Part shown: positions 37,503 through 48,133 of the stretch, piece after piece
Position numbering within the stretch: position 1 is the stretch's first letter
Layout: each line of letters opens with the position of its first letter
NCBI GenBank assembly: GCA_050010755.1
Contig: JBEKKK010000001.1
Span: 1,024,001 to 1,088,000, forward strand
Origin: Candidatus Bathyarchaeia archaeon
GTDB lineage: Archaea; Thermoproteota; Bathyarchaeia; Bathyarchaeales; Bathycorpusculaceae
Length of the DNA: 64,000 nucleotides
Direction of reading: 5' to 3'
Made by a program: the position numbers and the translations under genes
Notes under the pieces: generated by a model
Databases searched by the model: none
What the model saw: only the letters and a program-made list of their open reading frames with translations
What the model was told of the DNA's origin: nothing

Positions 37503-39350
37503 TTATTTGTAGATGATGTGAATCAGGTCATCCATGCCCAGTTCCTTGAGCTTTTCTACGGTGGGCACTCCTTCTTTTGTCCAGCCTCGGGATTCATAGT
37601 AATCGTCCAATAGCAGGTCAAGTTCTTGCTGCGTTACAAAGGCTCCTTTGGACGGGCCTTCGTCTGGGATTGGGTCGTGCATCACCTTGTATGGAAGCGT
37701 GTCGTCTTTTCTGCCCAGTCCTTCTCTGAGGTTTATGATTTTGGCGAGGTTTTCTATTCTTTCGCCTGCTTTCTTCAGCTCTTCGGGTGTCGTGGCGAAT
37801 CCTGTCACCAGAGTGTAGAGTTTCGCCATGTCTGGCAATTCTTTGTAGTACGTTCCTCTTGAAAATTTGCAGACGATGAATGAGTCGATGAGGTTGTAAA
37901 CGTCTTGCATATCTCTGACAAGCTTGCCCCGGCCTTTTTCGGCTATGAGCCTGTTGACTTTGCCCTTCACGTCAAAAGCGTAGGCTCCGTGTCTGTTGTG
38001 ATCAGCCCCGCGGAAAGAGACGGCAAAACCCAGCGCGGCTGTCTTGAGGCATCTCAGGTCATAGCCTGTGGTTTCAACGCCCTTTATGGTTGCAGCCAGC
38101 TTGTAGGAGTCTTTGCCTATACGGTCAGCCGCAAATTTCGCGCCGTCCGCCAGTAGATCGCCGACGCCTTCGCGTTTGCCGATTTTCTCGACCAGTTGAA
38201 CCATTGCTTCGGCGTTGCCAAACTTCGCGTCTAAACCATCCATTTCTTTCTGGCTCAGTATGCCTCTCTCATAGCAGTCCATGGCGAAGCCGATGGTCAC
38301 GCCTGCGCTTATCGAATCCATTCCATAAAAGTTTGTGAGCTCCATTCCCTTTATTATTGCGTCAAGCCGGTCCACACCACAATAGGGACCCAGAGCCCAC
38401 AGAGTCTCGTATTCCATCCGTGTCATAGTGCCCTTGTATGGGCCCTCTGGAACCACACAGGTGTGCTCGCATCGCATCGCGCAGGAACTGCATCCTATTA
38501 TCTTAGCGAGATACTTCTCGTTGAGGCATTCGCCGCTAACTTTCTCGGCGCCTTCAAATCGTGAGTTGTTAAAATTCCTAGTGGGCATACAGGACAATGA
38601 ATTGTGAACAAGAACGTTTTCCGGCGTTCCGAGGGTTCTGTATTTCTGCGTAGCCGGGCCTTTCATTCTTTCATGGAATTCTTTCACGTATTCCATGAAC
38701 TCATCCAGCTTTGCAACCTTGACGTCATTTGTTCCTCGCACGGCAATCGCCTTCAGGTTTTTTGAACCCATGACCGCGCCGAGGCCGGTTCTTCCTGCCG
38801 CCCTGGTCTTGTCGTTGATGATGCAAGCCATTCGGGCCAGCTTTTCTCCTGCGACGCCTATAGCTGCGACTCGAATGTAGTAGTCGCCCAGCTCCTCTCT
38901 TATGGCATCCTCAGTGTCGCCTGGCGATTTTCCCATCAAACCTGAAGCATCCAATAGCTGGACTGAATCGTCGTCGATCCACATATAAACAGGCTTTTCG
39001 GCTTTGCCCTTGATGATTACAGCATCGTATCCAGCTCTCTTCAATTCGGTTCCAAAAGTGCCGTGAGCCTTGGCCTCGCCTAGCCCGAAGCTCTGCGGGG
39101 ACTTGGAGACGAATGTGTGTCCGTTTCCGCCTGTTGGCCACATCGTGCCCGATATGGGGCCATTCGCGACGACCAACGGGTTTTCGGGGTCGAATGGATC
39201 TATCTTGGGCTTAGAATTTTCCAACCAAAGTCGCATGCCCAGACCCATTCCGCCAATGTACTTTTTGGCAAATTCTTCGTTAAGAGGTTCAGTGTAAGTT
39301 TTTCCTGTTGTTAAATCAACATGAAGAACGCGCCCTGCATAACCAAACAA
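37503..39350 (-). CDS. aor: Tungsten aldehyde:ferredoxin oxidoreductase family protein
   Basis: GYAGRVL.VDL, KSP, AAGRTGLGAVMGSKNLKAI, CxxCxxxC, EYET, RGADH. Confidence 0.93.
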   Translation of the reverse strand: MFGYAGRVLHVDLTTGKTYTEPLNEEFAKKYIGGMGLGMRLWLENSKPKIDPFDPENPLVVANGPISGTMWPTGGNGHTFVSKSPQSFGLGEAKAHGTFGTELKRAGYDAVIIKGKAEKPVYMWIDDDSVQLLDASGLMGKSPGDTEDAIREELGDYYIRVAAIGVAGEKLARMACIINDKTRAAGRTGLGAVMGSKNLKAIAVRGTNDVKVAKLDEFMEYVKEFHERMKGPATQKYRTLGTPENVLVHNSLSCMPTRNFNNSRFEGAEKVSGECLNEKYLAKIIGCSSCAMRCEHTCVVPEGPYKGTMTRMEYETLWALGPYCGVDRLDAIIKGMELTNFYGMDSISAGVTIGFAMDCYERGILSQKEMDGLDAKFGNAEAMVQLVEKIGKREGVGDLLADGAKFAADRIGKDSYKLAATIKGVETTGYDLRCLKTAALGFAVSFRGADHNRHGAYAFDVKGKVNRLIAEKGRGKLVRDMQDVYNLIDSFIVCKFSRGTYYKELPDMAKLYTLVTGFATTPEELKKAGERIENLAKIINLREGLGRKDDTLPYKVMHDPIPDEGPSKGAFVTQQELDLLLDDYYESRGWTKEGVPTVEKLKELGMDDLIHIIYK

Positions 39351-39504
39351 TACTATTCCTTCTCGACCTTGCCTGATTCTTTATCAACGTTCATGCTTGA
39401 TATTAATTTATCGTTGCAAAATTCGAGTTTTGAAAGGTGCGAATCGACGCTGCTGAGAGACGCGTATTTTGAAAGAGAGTGTGAAGATTGGCGCTTCTTG
39501 TTAG

Positions 39505-41070
39505 TTACATCGCTTCTTTGACGAGTTCCAGAATGTCTTTCACTGAAATTTTGTTCTCGACGTCTAGAACTTTCACCGCATCTTCCAAGGTTGTTACGCA
39601 GTATGGGCAGGCAACGGCAACAGTGTCGACGTTGAGGCTGAGTGCTTCTCGGAGTCGGTTTGTGCTGGGTCTTTTTTCGGGTAATGCATCCTCCGTCCAG
39701 ACTCTTCCAGCTCCTCCACCGCAGCAGAAGCTGCTCTGTCGTGTTCTCTTCATCTCGACGAGTTCCACACCTTTCAACGAGCGTAGGATCTTTCGCGGTG
39801 GGTCAAACACGTCGTTTCTCTTGCCTAGGAAGCATGGGTCGTGGTAGGCTATCCTTTTCTTCAAGGGTTTCGAGAGTTTCAGGCTGCCCTCTTCAATTGC
39901 CTCGGTCAGGAATTGCGTATAGTGTTGAACGTTCAGGCCTGCGTCACTGTAGGGCTTGTCGTTCTTGAAAGTGTTGTAGCAGTGCGGCGATAATGTCACG
40001 ATTTTCTCTGCATCGAACTTCTTGAACATGGAGACGTTGTGCTCGGCCAGCTCTTCGAATAGACCTTTTTCGCCGAGCCTAAGCATGTGGTCTCCGCAGC
40101 ACCATTCTTCTGTGCCCAATGTCGCAAACGTGAGGTGCATGCTGTTAAACACTGAGACCATGGTTCTTGCGGCCTCTTGGTTTCTCATGTCGTAAGTGTT
40201 TGAGCAGCAGGTGAAGAACAGGACGTCGGCTTTTGTTGTCGTCGGAAACGTTTTGACGTTGAGATCTTTTGCCCAGTCCATTCTTTTTGCCTGGGGTGTT
40301 CCCATGGGGTTGTGGTATTTGTAAACGCTTTCAAGCACGTCTTTGACGGTTTTTGGGATGTCTCCAGTTTCGACCAGTAGGCTGTGATCGTCAACTATGG
40401 CGTTTGCGCAGGTCAGTTTCTTGGGACAGAACATCGTGCACGAGTTGCACTGGGTGCACAGCCAAATGTTGTCGGCCATCGGTTTTAGGCGTTGCTCCGA
40501 GCCTTGATCCCTCGAGTCTGTGACGAAGCGATACGTGGCTGTCAAGGCTGAGGGCCCGAGGAATTTTTCGTCGATGATGGCAGGACAGGCTGAGTTGCAA
40601 ATCGAGCATTTTATGCACAATGTCAGATCCCAGTATTTCTTAAGCTCTGCTGGACTTTGTGGGAATTCGCTAGGTTTCTTGAGTTCCTCTTGGGGCTTTA
40701 TGAGTGTCGGGTTAATCCTCTTGTAGGTTTCAAAGAACGGTTGCATGTCAACGACGAGGTCTTTTATCACCGTGGTGTTGGATAGAGGTTCAACGGTCAG
40801 AGAGTCCAGTTCGAGGTCAAGCACCTGCGTGTAGCAGGCCAACATCGGTTTGCCGTTAACGTTGATTGCGCAGTCTCCGCATATGCCCATCCTACACGAC
40901 TGTCTGAATGTTAGCGAATCATCAAAGTGATCTTTGATGTAGAGCAGAGCGTCGAGGAGGGTTGTTCCTCGGCGAATCGGAACTTTGAAGGTTGAAGTGT
41001 AGCTTTTTTTCTGTTCTGGGTTGTATCTGCTTATGTTGAATTCGACGGTTTTCTCAACTTTGGTGTTCAC
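39505..41070 (-). CDS. tfrB: SdhB/FrdB Fe-S domain fused to two CCG domains (TfrB-like)
   Basis: SCRMGICGDC..LAC [2Fe-2S]; CIKCSIC; CTQCNSC; WCCG; YHDPC..FCCGGG..CPYC. Confidence 0.8.
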   Translation of the reverse strand: MNTKVEKTVEFNISRYNPEQKKSYTSTFKVPIRRGTTLLDALLYIKDHFDDSLTFRQSCRMGICGDCAINVNGKPMLACYTQVLDLELDSLTVEPLSNTTVIKDLVVDMQPFFETYKRINPTLIKPQEELKKPSEFPQSPAELKKYWDLTLCIKCSICNSACPAIIDEKFLGPSALTATYRFVTDSRDQGSEQRLKPMADNIWLCTQCNSCTMFCPKKLTCANAIVDDHSLLVETGDIPKTVKDVLESVYKYHNPMGTPQAKRMDWAKDLNVKTFPTTTKADVLFFTCCSNTYDMRNQEAARTMVSVFNSMHLTFATLGTEEWCCGDHMLRLGEKGLFEELAEHNVSMFKKFDAEKIVTLSPHCYNTFKNDKPYSDAGLNVQHYTQFLTEAIEEGSLKLSKPLKKRIAYHDPCFLGKRNDVFDPPRKILRSLKGVELVEMKRTRQSSFCCGGGAGRVWTEDALPEKRPSTNRLREALSLNVDTVAVACPYCVTTLEDAVKVLDVENKISVKDILELVKEAM

Positions 41071-41083
41071 GTCACTTCACCTC

Positions 41084-42784
41084 TTAGTACGTTCTGGCCA
41101 CCGGCGGCCACCTTGTTATCGTCACTGGGATGTACTCCAATCTCGGCCCGTCTTTGGTGTAGTATGCGAGGGTGTGTTTTAGCCAGTTTTGGTCGTCGCG
41201 TTTCGGATAGTCCGTTCTGGAGTGTGCTCCGCGCGATTCGTTTCTGGGGAGGGCGCAAACCATCGTTATTTCGGCCAAGTCTAGCATGAAGTCGAGTTGT
41301 ATTGCGTTCAGCATTCCAGTGTTGAAGGGTCTTCCTTTGTCCTGAACCTTCATCTTTTTGAACCTTTGTTTGAGCTGTCTGATTTCTCTGAGGCCGGCTT
41401 CGAGTTGGTCTCCTCTTCTGTATATCCAGGCCTTATCGTTCATTATTCGTCTCATTTCGTCTCTGATGTCGGGGACTCTTTCGGAGCCTTCGCTTCCCAA
41501 GATCTGGTCAAAGACTCGTTTTTCTTCTGCTGCCAGTTTTTCCTGAGGCAGTTCGTGTAAGCCCGCGGTTAACGCGTGTTTGGCGGCTTGTTCGCCTGAT
41601 ACTGCGCCGAAGACTAGGCATTCTGCTGTGGAGTTTGTTCCGAGCCTGTTTGCTCCGTGAAGGCTGAGGCATGAGCATTCTCCTGAAGCGTACAGGCCTG
41701 AAATGGGCGTCTCAGTTTTTATGTTGGCTTTGATTCCTCCCATCGAGTAATGTGCTGCCGGTCTGATGGGTATAGGCTCTTTCACGGGGTCCACTCCGCC
41801 GAGTTTTATCGCGACGTCTCTGATGAGCGGCAGTCGTAAGTTTATTTTCTCTTCGCCCAGGTGCCGGAGGTCTATGGCTATGTACGGCCCGTAGGGTCCT
41901 TGCAGGCCTCTTCCTTCCAGTATTTCTGTCTGTTCGGCTCGCGAAACCACATCGCGTGGGGCTAGTTCCATTTTTTCAGGTGCGTACTTTTTCATGAAGC
42001 GCTCACCGTTGGCGTTTATAAGGAAACCTCCTTCCCCTCTTGCGCCTTCAGTTATCAACACCCCGGAAGGAACCATGCCCGTTGGGTGAAACTGGACGAA
42101 CTCCATGTCTTCCATTGCTGCTCCCGCGCGATAAGCCATGGCCATGCCGTCGCCGGTTGTCGTGTGTGAAAAAGTTGTGAACTCGTAGATGCGTTCGTGT
42201 CCTCCAGTTGCCATTACTATCGATTTGGCTTGGAAGGCGTACATGCGACCTGTCTTCATTTCCAACGCTGTGAGACCTGCTGCCACGGCGTTTTCAACGA
42301 TTAGGGAAGTCGCGAACCATTCGTCGTAGAATTTTATGTTGCTGTACGATGTTGCTTTTCCGTACAAGGCATGCATCTCATGAAAGCCCGTCATGTCGGC
42401 GGCAAAGCATGCCCGTGCGAAGCTGTGTCCACCGAACGCTCTTTGATCTATTTTTCCATCGGCAGTTCTGCTCCACGGGCATCCCCAGTGTTCTGTGAGA
42501 ACTATTTCTTTAGGCGCTCCTCTGACAAAGTGTTCTACAACGTCTTGGTCTGCGAGAAAATCTGAGCCCTTCACCGTGTCATAGGCATGAAGATCGTACG
42601 AGTCTTTTTCGTTTGTAACTGCTCCAGTTCCACCCTGCGCGCAAACGGAGTGCGATCGCAAAGGATGGTGTTTCGAGATGACGGCGATGTCTAGTTTGTC
42701 GTCGACATCGGCGGCGGCTACGGCGGCCCTCAGGCCGGCCAAGCCAGCGCCGACGATTATTACATCATGAGTGAATTTCTCCAC
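41084..42784 (-). CDS. tfrA: Fumarate reductase/succinate dehydrogenase flavoprotein (TfrA/SdhA-like)
   Basis: GAGLAG, RSHSVCAQGG, QFHPT, EGARGEGG, APRD, HYSMGG, HGANRLG, ESRGAH; start taken at GTG with GGTGG upstream. Confidence 0.88.
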   Translation of the reverse strand: MEKFTHDVIIVGAGLAGLRAAVAAADVDDKLDIAVISKHHPLRSHSVCAQGGTGAVTNEKDSYDLHAYDTVKGSDFLADQDVVEHFVRGAPKEIVLTEHWGCPWSRTADGKIDQRAFGGHSFARACFAADMTGFHEMHALYGKATSYSNIKFYDEWFATSLIVENAVAAGLTALEMKTGRMYAFQAKSIVMATGGHERIYEFTTFSHTTTGDGMAMAYRAGAAMEDMEFVQFHPTGMVPSGVLITEGARGEGGFLINANGERFMKKYAPEKMELAPRDVVSRAEQTEILEGRGLQGPYGPYIAIDLRHLGEEKINLRLPLIRDVAIKLGGVDPVKEPIPIRPAAHYSMGGIKANIKTETPISGLYASGECSCLSLHGANRLGTNSTAECLVFGAVSGEQAAKHALTAGLHELPQEKLAAEEKRVFDQILGSEGSERVPDIRDEMRRIMNDKAWIYRRGDQLEAGLREIRQLKQRFKKMKVQDKGRPFNTGMLNAIQLDFMLDLAEITMVCALPRNESRGAHSRTDYPKRDDQNWLKHTLAYYTKDGPRLEYIPVTITRWPPVARTY

Positions 42785-42961
42785 GGATTCCACCTGTTCT
42801 TCATTATTTTGATTGGAGATTAGGTAAGTCATTGACCCTTGTTTTATAGTTTTCCAGTTTTCCTTGCGAGAACGATGGCCGAGGTGTCGCATAGTGTATC
42901 ATGAAACTTGTTTACAAGACTTTTATAGGCGCCTCATTCAATCCTACCGTGTGGTAGCCGC

Positions 42962-43915
42962 ATGTTCAATGCTGCAAAGTTCATAGACGAGACGGTTAAG
43001 CAACTGAGTGAAAGGATTAAGGGTGTGGCTATCATGGGCGTTTCTGGCGGTGTTGACTCGACTACCGCGGCGATTCTCGTGAACAGAGCTATCGGGGCGA
43101 ACCTGCGCTGTGTCCTGGTGGACACTGGTTACATGAGGAAGAACGAAGTCGAGAACAATGGAAAAATGTTGAAAAAACTGGGTTTGAACGTCATTGTCGT
43201 GGATGCCACGGAACGGTTCTATGACAAGCTCAAGGGCATAGTTGATCCAGAGCAGAAGAGGAAAATCATCGGTGAATTGTTCATTAGAGTGTTTGAGGAA
43301 GTCGCCAGAAAGGAAAACGCCAAGTTTTTTGTTCAAGGAACAATCGCTCCAGACTGGATAGAGAGTGGAGGCGGACTCAGGGACAGGATAAAGTCCCATC
43401 ACAACGTCGGCGGCTTGCCTGGGAAAATAGAATTTGAAATCGTCGAGCCGCTCAGAGATTTGTACAAGGATGAGGTTAGAATCGTCGGGAAGGAGCTGGG
43501 CCTGCCTGAGGAACTGTATGGGCGCCAGCCTTTTCCAGGTCCAGGCTTAGCCGTGAGGATACTCGGAGAGGCTGATCCTGTCAGCGTGAAAATTGTTAGA
43601 GAGGCCTGCGCGATTGCAGAGGAGGAGATTGAGAGGGCGTCAGTCAACGGGGAGATGAGTAGGCCGTGGCAGTACTTCGCCGTGTTGCTGCCATGCAAGA
43701 CGGTTGGAGTTCATGGCGACGTGAGATTTTACGGGAACGTTATTGCAGTGCGCGCGGTTGAAAGTTTGGACGGAATGAGCGCTGCCTATTCGAAGATTCC
43801 GCAGGCCGTGTTGGAGAGAATATCGGTGAGAATCACTAACACTCTGAAAGATTCTGTAGGCAGGGTCGTTTACGACGTGACGAACAAGCCGCCTGGGACG
43901 ATTGAGTATGAGTAG
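42962..43915 (+). CDS. guaAB: GMP synthase, ATP-pyrophosphatase subunit
   Basis: SGGVDS, PEQKRKIIG, IKSHHNVGG, RQPFPGPGL, KPPGTIE. Confidence 0.95.
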   Translation: MFNAAKFIDETVKQLSERIKGVAIMGVSGGVDSTTAAILVNRAIGANLRCVLVDTGYMRKNEVENNGKMLKKLGLNVIVVDATERFYDKLKGIVDPEQKRKIIGELFIRVFEEVARKENAKFFVQGTIAPDWIESGGGLRDRIKSHHNVGGLPGKIEFEIVEPLRDLYKDEVRIVGKELGLPEELYGRQPFPGPGLAVRILGEADPVSVKIVREACAIAEEEIERASVNGEMSRPWQYFAVLLPCKTVGVHGDVRFYGNVIAVRAVESLDGMSAAYSKIPQAVLERISVRITNTLKDSVGRVVYDVTNKPPGTIEYE

Positions 43916-44489
43916 ACCTACAAGGATCTACGTTGTGGATAACGGTGGCCAATGGACTCACAGGATCTGGAGAGTTTTGGGGGAAATCGGCTGCGATTCG
44001 AAGATTATAGCCAACACTACACCAGTGGAGGAGATAGAGGCTGACGCTTTGGTTCTGAGCGGAGGAGCGCCTCGAATCACTTGGGAATCTCCCAAAATGG
44101 GCAAGTGCATCGATTATTTGCAACAGTTCGACGGTCCGATCCTGGGAATCTGCGTGGGGCTTCAACTGATGGCTCTGCACTGCGGCGGGAAGGTCGGACC
44201 TTCCGACGTCCCTGAATACGGCCTAGCAAAGCTAAGAATCATCGAGGAAGACGATCTGTTCAAAGGATTGCCGAGAGAGTTCCACGTGTGGGAGTCGCAC
44301 AACGACGAGGTGAAGTCTGCAAAGGGGTTTACCGTGCTCGCCGTGTCAGACAATTGCAGCGTGCAAGCCGTGAAGCATTTGGAGAAGCAGTACTATGGGG
44401 TCCAGTTTCATCCCGAAGTTAACAACACTGAACATGGAGAAGAAATCCTCAGAAACTTCGCGGCTGTGGTAAAACATCGCCGAGACTGA
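43908..44489 (+). CDS. guaAA: GMP synthase, glutamine amidotransferase subunit
   Basis: DNGGQW, LSGG, GICVG, SHNDEV, QFHPE. Confidence 0.94.
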   Translation: MSRPTRIYVVDNGGQWTHRIWRVLGEIGCDSKIIANTTPVEEIEADALVLSGGAPRITWESPKMGKCIDYLQQFDGPILGICVGLQLMALHCGGKVGPSDVPEYGLAKLRIIEEDDLFKGLPREFHVWESHNDEVKSAKGFTVLAVSDNCSVQAVKHLEKQYYGVQFHPEVNNTEHGEEILRNFAAVVKHRRD

Positions 44490-44539
44490 GAAAGTCACTC
44501 AGTTCGTGATAATCTCTGCCGACGCAGTGTAGGTTGTGT

Positions 44540-44815
44540 TCACTCGAGTCTCTTGATTATGTGGTACCCGAATTTTGTCTTCACGATGGCCGAAGTTTGT
44601 CCTTTCTGAAGCGTGAATGCGCACGTTTCGAATTCCTTGACCATTTTTCCTCTTGTGAATGTTCCCAGATCTCCGCCATGTTTTCCAGATGGGCAGAGTG
44701 AGAGTTCCTTAGCAATGTTTGCGAATTTTTCGCCTTTGTTGAGTTTGTCTAGGACAGACTTGGCTTCTGGTTCTGTTTTCACGAGAATGTGAGCACAGTG
44801 AACCTTGTCTGGCAT
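44540..44815 (-). CDS. Parvulin-type peptidyl-prolyl isomerase
   Basis: HILV, S.CPSG..GGDLG.F..G.MV.EFE, FGYHII. Confidence 0.93.
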   Translation of the reverse strand: MPDKVHCAHILVKTEPEAKSVLDKLNKGEKFANIAKELSLCPSGKHGGDLGTFTRGKMVKEFETCAFTLQKGQTSAIVKTKFGYHIIKRLE

Positions 44816-44941
44816 GGATAATGATATTTTGGTATTGTTTAAAAACGTTTGCAACCGTGCTATTCTTGCGGACCCTTAAACGTGCGTCTAGAAACTCTTT
44901 ATAGCATGTTCAAACATGCTTTCTAGCATCGCTGGAAAGGG

Positions 44942-45358
44942 TTGATGAGCGTGTCGGGAAGAAAGTTGGATCACATCGGAGTAGCTGTGAAGGATCTGGA
45001 CGCAGCGATTGGCCTGTATCGCGATGTTTTGGGCTTGAAACTTGAAGGTACTCACGTCCTCGCCGAACGAGGAGTCAGAGTGGCCTTTTTCTCAATAGGC
45101 GACGAGGCGCACATCGAGCTTTTGGAGCCGCTCAGCAGTGAAAGCACAATCGCGAAGTTCCTCTCATCCCGCGGCGAAGGATTACACCATATCGCCCTGA
45201 AAGTTGACAACATTCAAGCCGTGCTGGAAGAGTTCAAACAAAAGGGTATAACGTTGATTGATGAGAAGCCTCAGACAGGTGCAGAGGGAAAGAAAATAGC
45301 CTTTGTACATCCGAAAAGCACTAGAGGCGTCCTCTTGGAACTCTGTGAGGGGCCATAA
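44942..45358 (+). CDS. mce: Methylmalonyl-CoA epimerase
   Basis: DHIGVAV, IELLEP, GEGLHHIA, FVHPKSTRGVLLEL. Confidence 0.92.
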   Translation: MMSVSGRKLDHIGVAVKDLDAAIGLYRDVLGLKLEGTHVLAERGVRVAFFSIGDEAHIELLEPLSSESTIAKFLSSRGEGLHHIALKVDNIQAVLEEFKQKGITLIDEKPQTGAEGKKIAFVHPKSTRGVLLELCEGP

Positions 45359-45371
45359 CGGCGGGCCCTGG

Positions 45372-46166
45372 GTGTCAGCAGATATAGGCCTTGAAAAGCT
45401 CCAAGAGAGTTTGCACACCAAACGTTTCGGAAGACGTGTCTTTTTCAGTCGCAAAGTCAAATCGACGAACGATTGGGCCAAGAAACTCGCCAAAATGGGC
45501 GCAGAAGAAGGAACCGTCACAGTGGCCGAGACTCAGACCGCTGGAAGAGGAAGACTGGGGAGAGAATGGGCTTCGCCCAGAGGAGGATTGTGGTTCTCAA
45601 TAGTCCTACAGCCCAAGAAGAAAGTCCAGGAGACGGCAAAGCTGGTGTTCGTGGCCAGCTTCACTGTGGCTGAAGTTTTGCGGCGGGAGTACGACCTGAG
45701 AACCGAGACAAAGTGGCCTAATGATGTGCTAGTGGACGGCAAGAAGATATGTGGGATACTGGCTGAGATGAGCACCAAAGCCGAAAAGGTCAACTTCGTT
45801 ATCCTGGGCATCGGAGTGAACGCAAACTTTCGTGCAGATGATGCTTTGCCAGAATCGGTGAAGACGCATGCAACTTCAATCGAGACGGAGGTTGGCAAAA
45901 AGATCCGCTTGGAAAGTCTGCTCAAGGAGTTGCTTGAGAAGATGGAGACTGTTTATGGCGGGTATCTAGATCGCGGCTTTGCTCCATTGCTGGAACAGTG
46001 GAAAAAGTATGCCGAATTCCTAGGCCGGAAAGTGGTTATTGCGAATCAAGAGGAAACGTTGAACGGGTTGGCTTTGGACGTTGATCTTGACGGTGCGCTA
46101 ATCCTGAAGCTTGACGACGGAGCAAGGAAACGAGTTTTCGTGGGGGACCTTCTCTTCGCGCGTTAG
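45372..46166 (+). CDS. birA: Biotin-protein ligase (no HTH)
   Basis: STND, QTAGRGRLGREW, KWPND, KICGIL, GIGVN. Confidence 0.93.
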   Translation: MSADIGLEKLQESLHTKRFGRRVFFSRKVKSTNDWAKKLAKMGAEEGTVTVAETQTAGRGRLGREWASPRGGLWFSIVLQPKKKVQETAKLVFVASFTVAEVLRREYDLRTETKWPNDVLVDGKKICGILAEMSTKAEKVNFVILGIGVNANFRADDALPESVKTHATSIETEVGKKIRLESLLKELLEKMETVYGGYLDRGFAPLLEQWKKYAEFLGRKVVIANQEETLNGLALDVDLDGALILKLDDGARKRVFVGDLLFAR

Positions 46167-46684
46167 CTCTGTTTGAGTGGAATTGCCCAGAAGCTGTTGA
46201 CGTCGCCTTTCATCCATCTGCCGCCCAAACTTCTAACGACATCGCTAATTTCATCCCACTCATCCTTCAAGTATTGGGTTGGCGTCACTTTGACGTATTC
46301 TCCGTCTACCGTGAAACTCAGCAATTTGCGCTGCTCCGGACTGAACTCTTTTTCTATTGGGCTTGTGTCTCGACTTGGTTGAATCGGCGTTTTCTTTGCG
46401 GGATTAGATTCAGGTTTGAAGCTTGTCGTGGGCTGAGATTCGGTTTTGGAGCTTGCAGCGTAGACTAGATTGAACTCTGGAATTGGATAGGATTCTGCAA
46501 CGTTTTCAAAACTGTCGCTTCTTACGATTGCGAATACTTGCTTGGAAAACAAGTCGTACTTCATATCCAAAAGTTCAACATCGCTTGGCAGGTTGGAAGT
46601 GAAAGATGGCGCTTTTCCTTGCAATGTTTCTATAATGAACTCAGGACGCAGTTTTATCATTCTCATTTTCATGGTTTCAACCAC
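46163..46684 (-). CDS. Hypothetical two-domain protein
   Basis: Clean ORF with Pro/Ser/Thr linker; overlaps birA stop convergently. Confidence 0.7.
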   Translation of the reverse strand: MVETMKMRMIKLRPEFIIETLQGKAPSFTSNLPSDVELLDMKYDLFSKQVFAIVRSDSFENVAESYPIPEFNLVYAASSKTESQPTTSFKPESNPAKKTPIQPSRDTSPIEKEFSPEQRKLLSFTVDGEYVKVTPTQYLKDEWDEISDVVRSLGGRWMKGDVNSFWAIPLKQS

Positions 46685-46818
46685 TCAGAATTGCTTATTA
46701 CTGGTGACAAGTAACTTAAGGGTATTGTAGCGCACGCAGGGTCAAGACGAACCATTCGCGAGTCTGGGGGGTATGCAGGGTCAAATATGAGCATAGAGGC
46801 AAGACCTCAAAACCGTTT

Positions 46819-47520
46819 GTGAGTTTTTGGGAGTCGCTTACAAGCAAGGAAGGAGCAAGGGAGAGGGCACGCTATGTGCTGGAACCCGTGAATGAATACC
46901 GCAAGCAGGCAAAGAAGATACTGGAAATAGGTTGCGGAATTGGAGAGGTCTTAGTCAATCTTCCCGAGAGATACGCTGTCTACGGCTTGGACGTCGAAAG
47001 GGACTACATTGAGGTTTGCAGGAGGAGAATGCCAAGGGGTAAGTTCTTTGTTTCCAGCATGCACAACTTCCACATTGATGAGAAATTTGATGTCATATTC
47101 TCTGCCAACGATGCCGTCAACTTTTTGAAAGATTTTGCCCAGTGGAAATCAACGTTCAAGACAGTGAATCAACATCTTAACAGAGACGGGCTGTTCATCT
47201 TTGATGTGTACACTCCTAAAATGCTGAGAGATACGCTTCATTGGCTGGAAAAATACAACAGGTCCACTTCGTCAGTCAGGGAATTCGCCAAAGGATTCTA
47301 CTATGACAGAGAGATAGTGAAGGGCAATTCGCTGACTTGGGATTCCAGAATCTTTGAAAAACTCCCAAATGGACTTTATCAACTTCACAAATACAAGTTC
47401 AAAGAAACAATATACTCAGTCGCAAAGATGAAATCTGCTCTGTCCAAATATTTCGATATCCTCGAAGCAAATTTGAGAGAAGAAGGCAGGAAGATTCTGT
47501 TCGTATGCAGGAAAATTTGA
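46819..47520 (+). CDS. Class I SAM-dependent methyltransferase
   Basis: ILEIGCGIG, GLD, FDVI, L..DGLFIFD. Confidence 0.88.
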   Translation: MSFWESLTSKEGARERARYVLEPVNEYRKQAKKILEIGCGIGEVLVNLPERYAVYGLDVERDYIEVCRRRMPRGKFFVSSMHNFHIDEKFDVIFSANDAVNFLKDFAQWKSTFKTVNQHLNRDGLFIFDVYTPKMLRDTLHWLEKYNRSTSSVREFAKGFYYDREIVKGNSLTWDSRIFEKLPNGLYQLHKYKFKETIYSVAKMKSALSKYFDILEANLREEGRKILFVCRKI

Positions 47521-48133
47521 AAGCGCGCGCTGGCGCATTGAATAATTCGAGTAAGTGTTGAATGAACTTTTTTGTTGAAAATGACGTGAAGTGGCAAAGG
47601 ATGTCAACGTGATCTGCTGCGTGATGACTGCAACCGTCTCCTCGCCTCCCAAGCGCTGTCCGATGAGTTTGAAGAGGTTTGAGCAGGCTGGAGCGCAATC
47701 TAGGTAAGGTCATTATTTCGCGTTTTTACAATCGTGGAACGGAATAATCCTCTTCGGTCTGGACGGGGGCGATTTGTGCAGTGTGTTTACATGTCGTTAT
47801 GAGTGAGTTTTGAGTCTGAACAGAGCCTGTTTGGAGCTTTATTCGTAAAACACAGTCTCCGTTCAGCTTAGTTCTGAAAAAATTTTTTTTCTCGGATCAA
47901 AATCCCGCGTCCAAACTCAACGTTACCTTTCTCAGTATCCAAAACAAGGCGCTCCCAAATTATGTAACTAGCCTGCGCGCGTTATCTGTTGACAATCTTA
48001 CTTGCACTGATGCCGGCTATTCTCAGAATCATATTCCTTTACATTGAGCGTGCTGTAATAACCAAACTATTCCACGTGTTGTGTCTAAATACTTAATAGG
48101 ACAATGTTACAGCAAAAATTGAGGGAATTTCAT

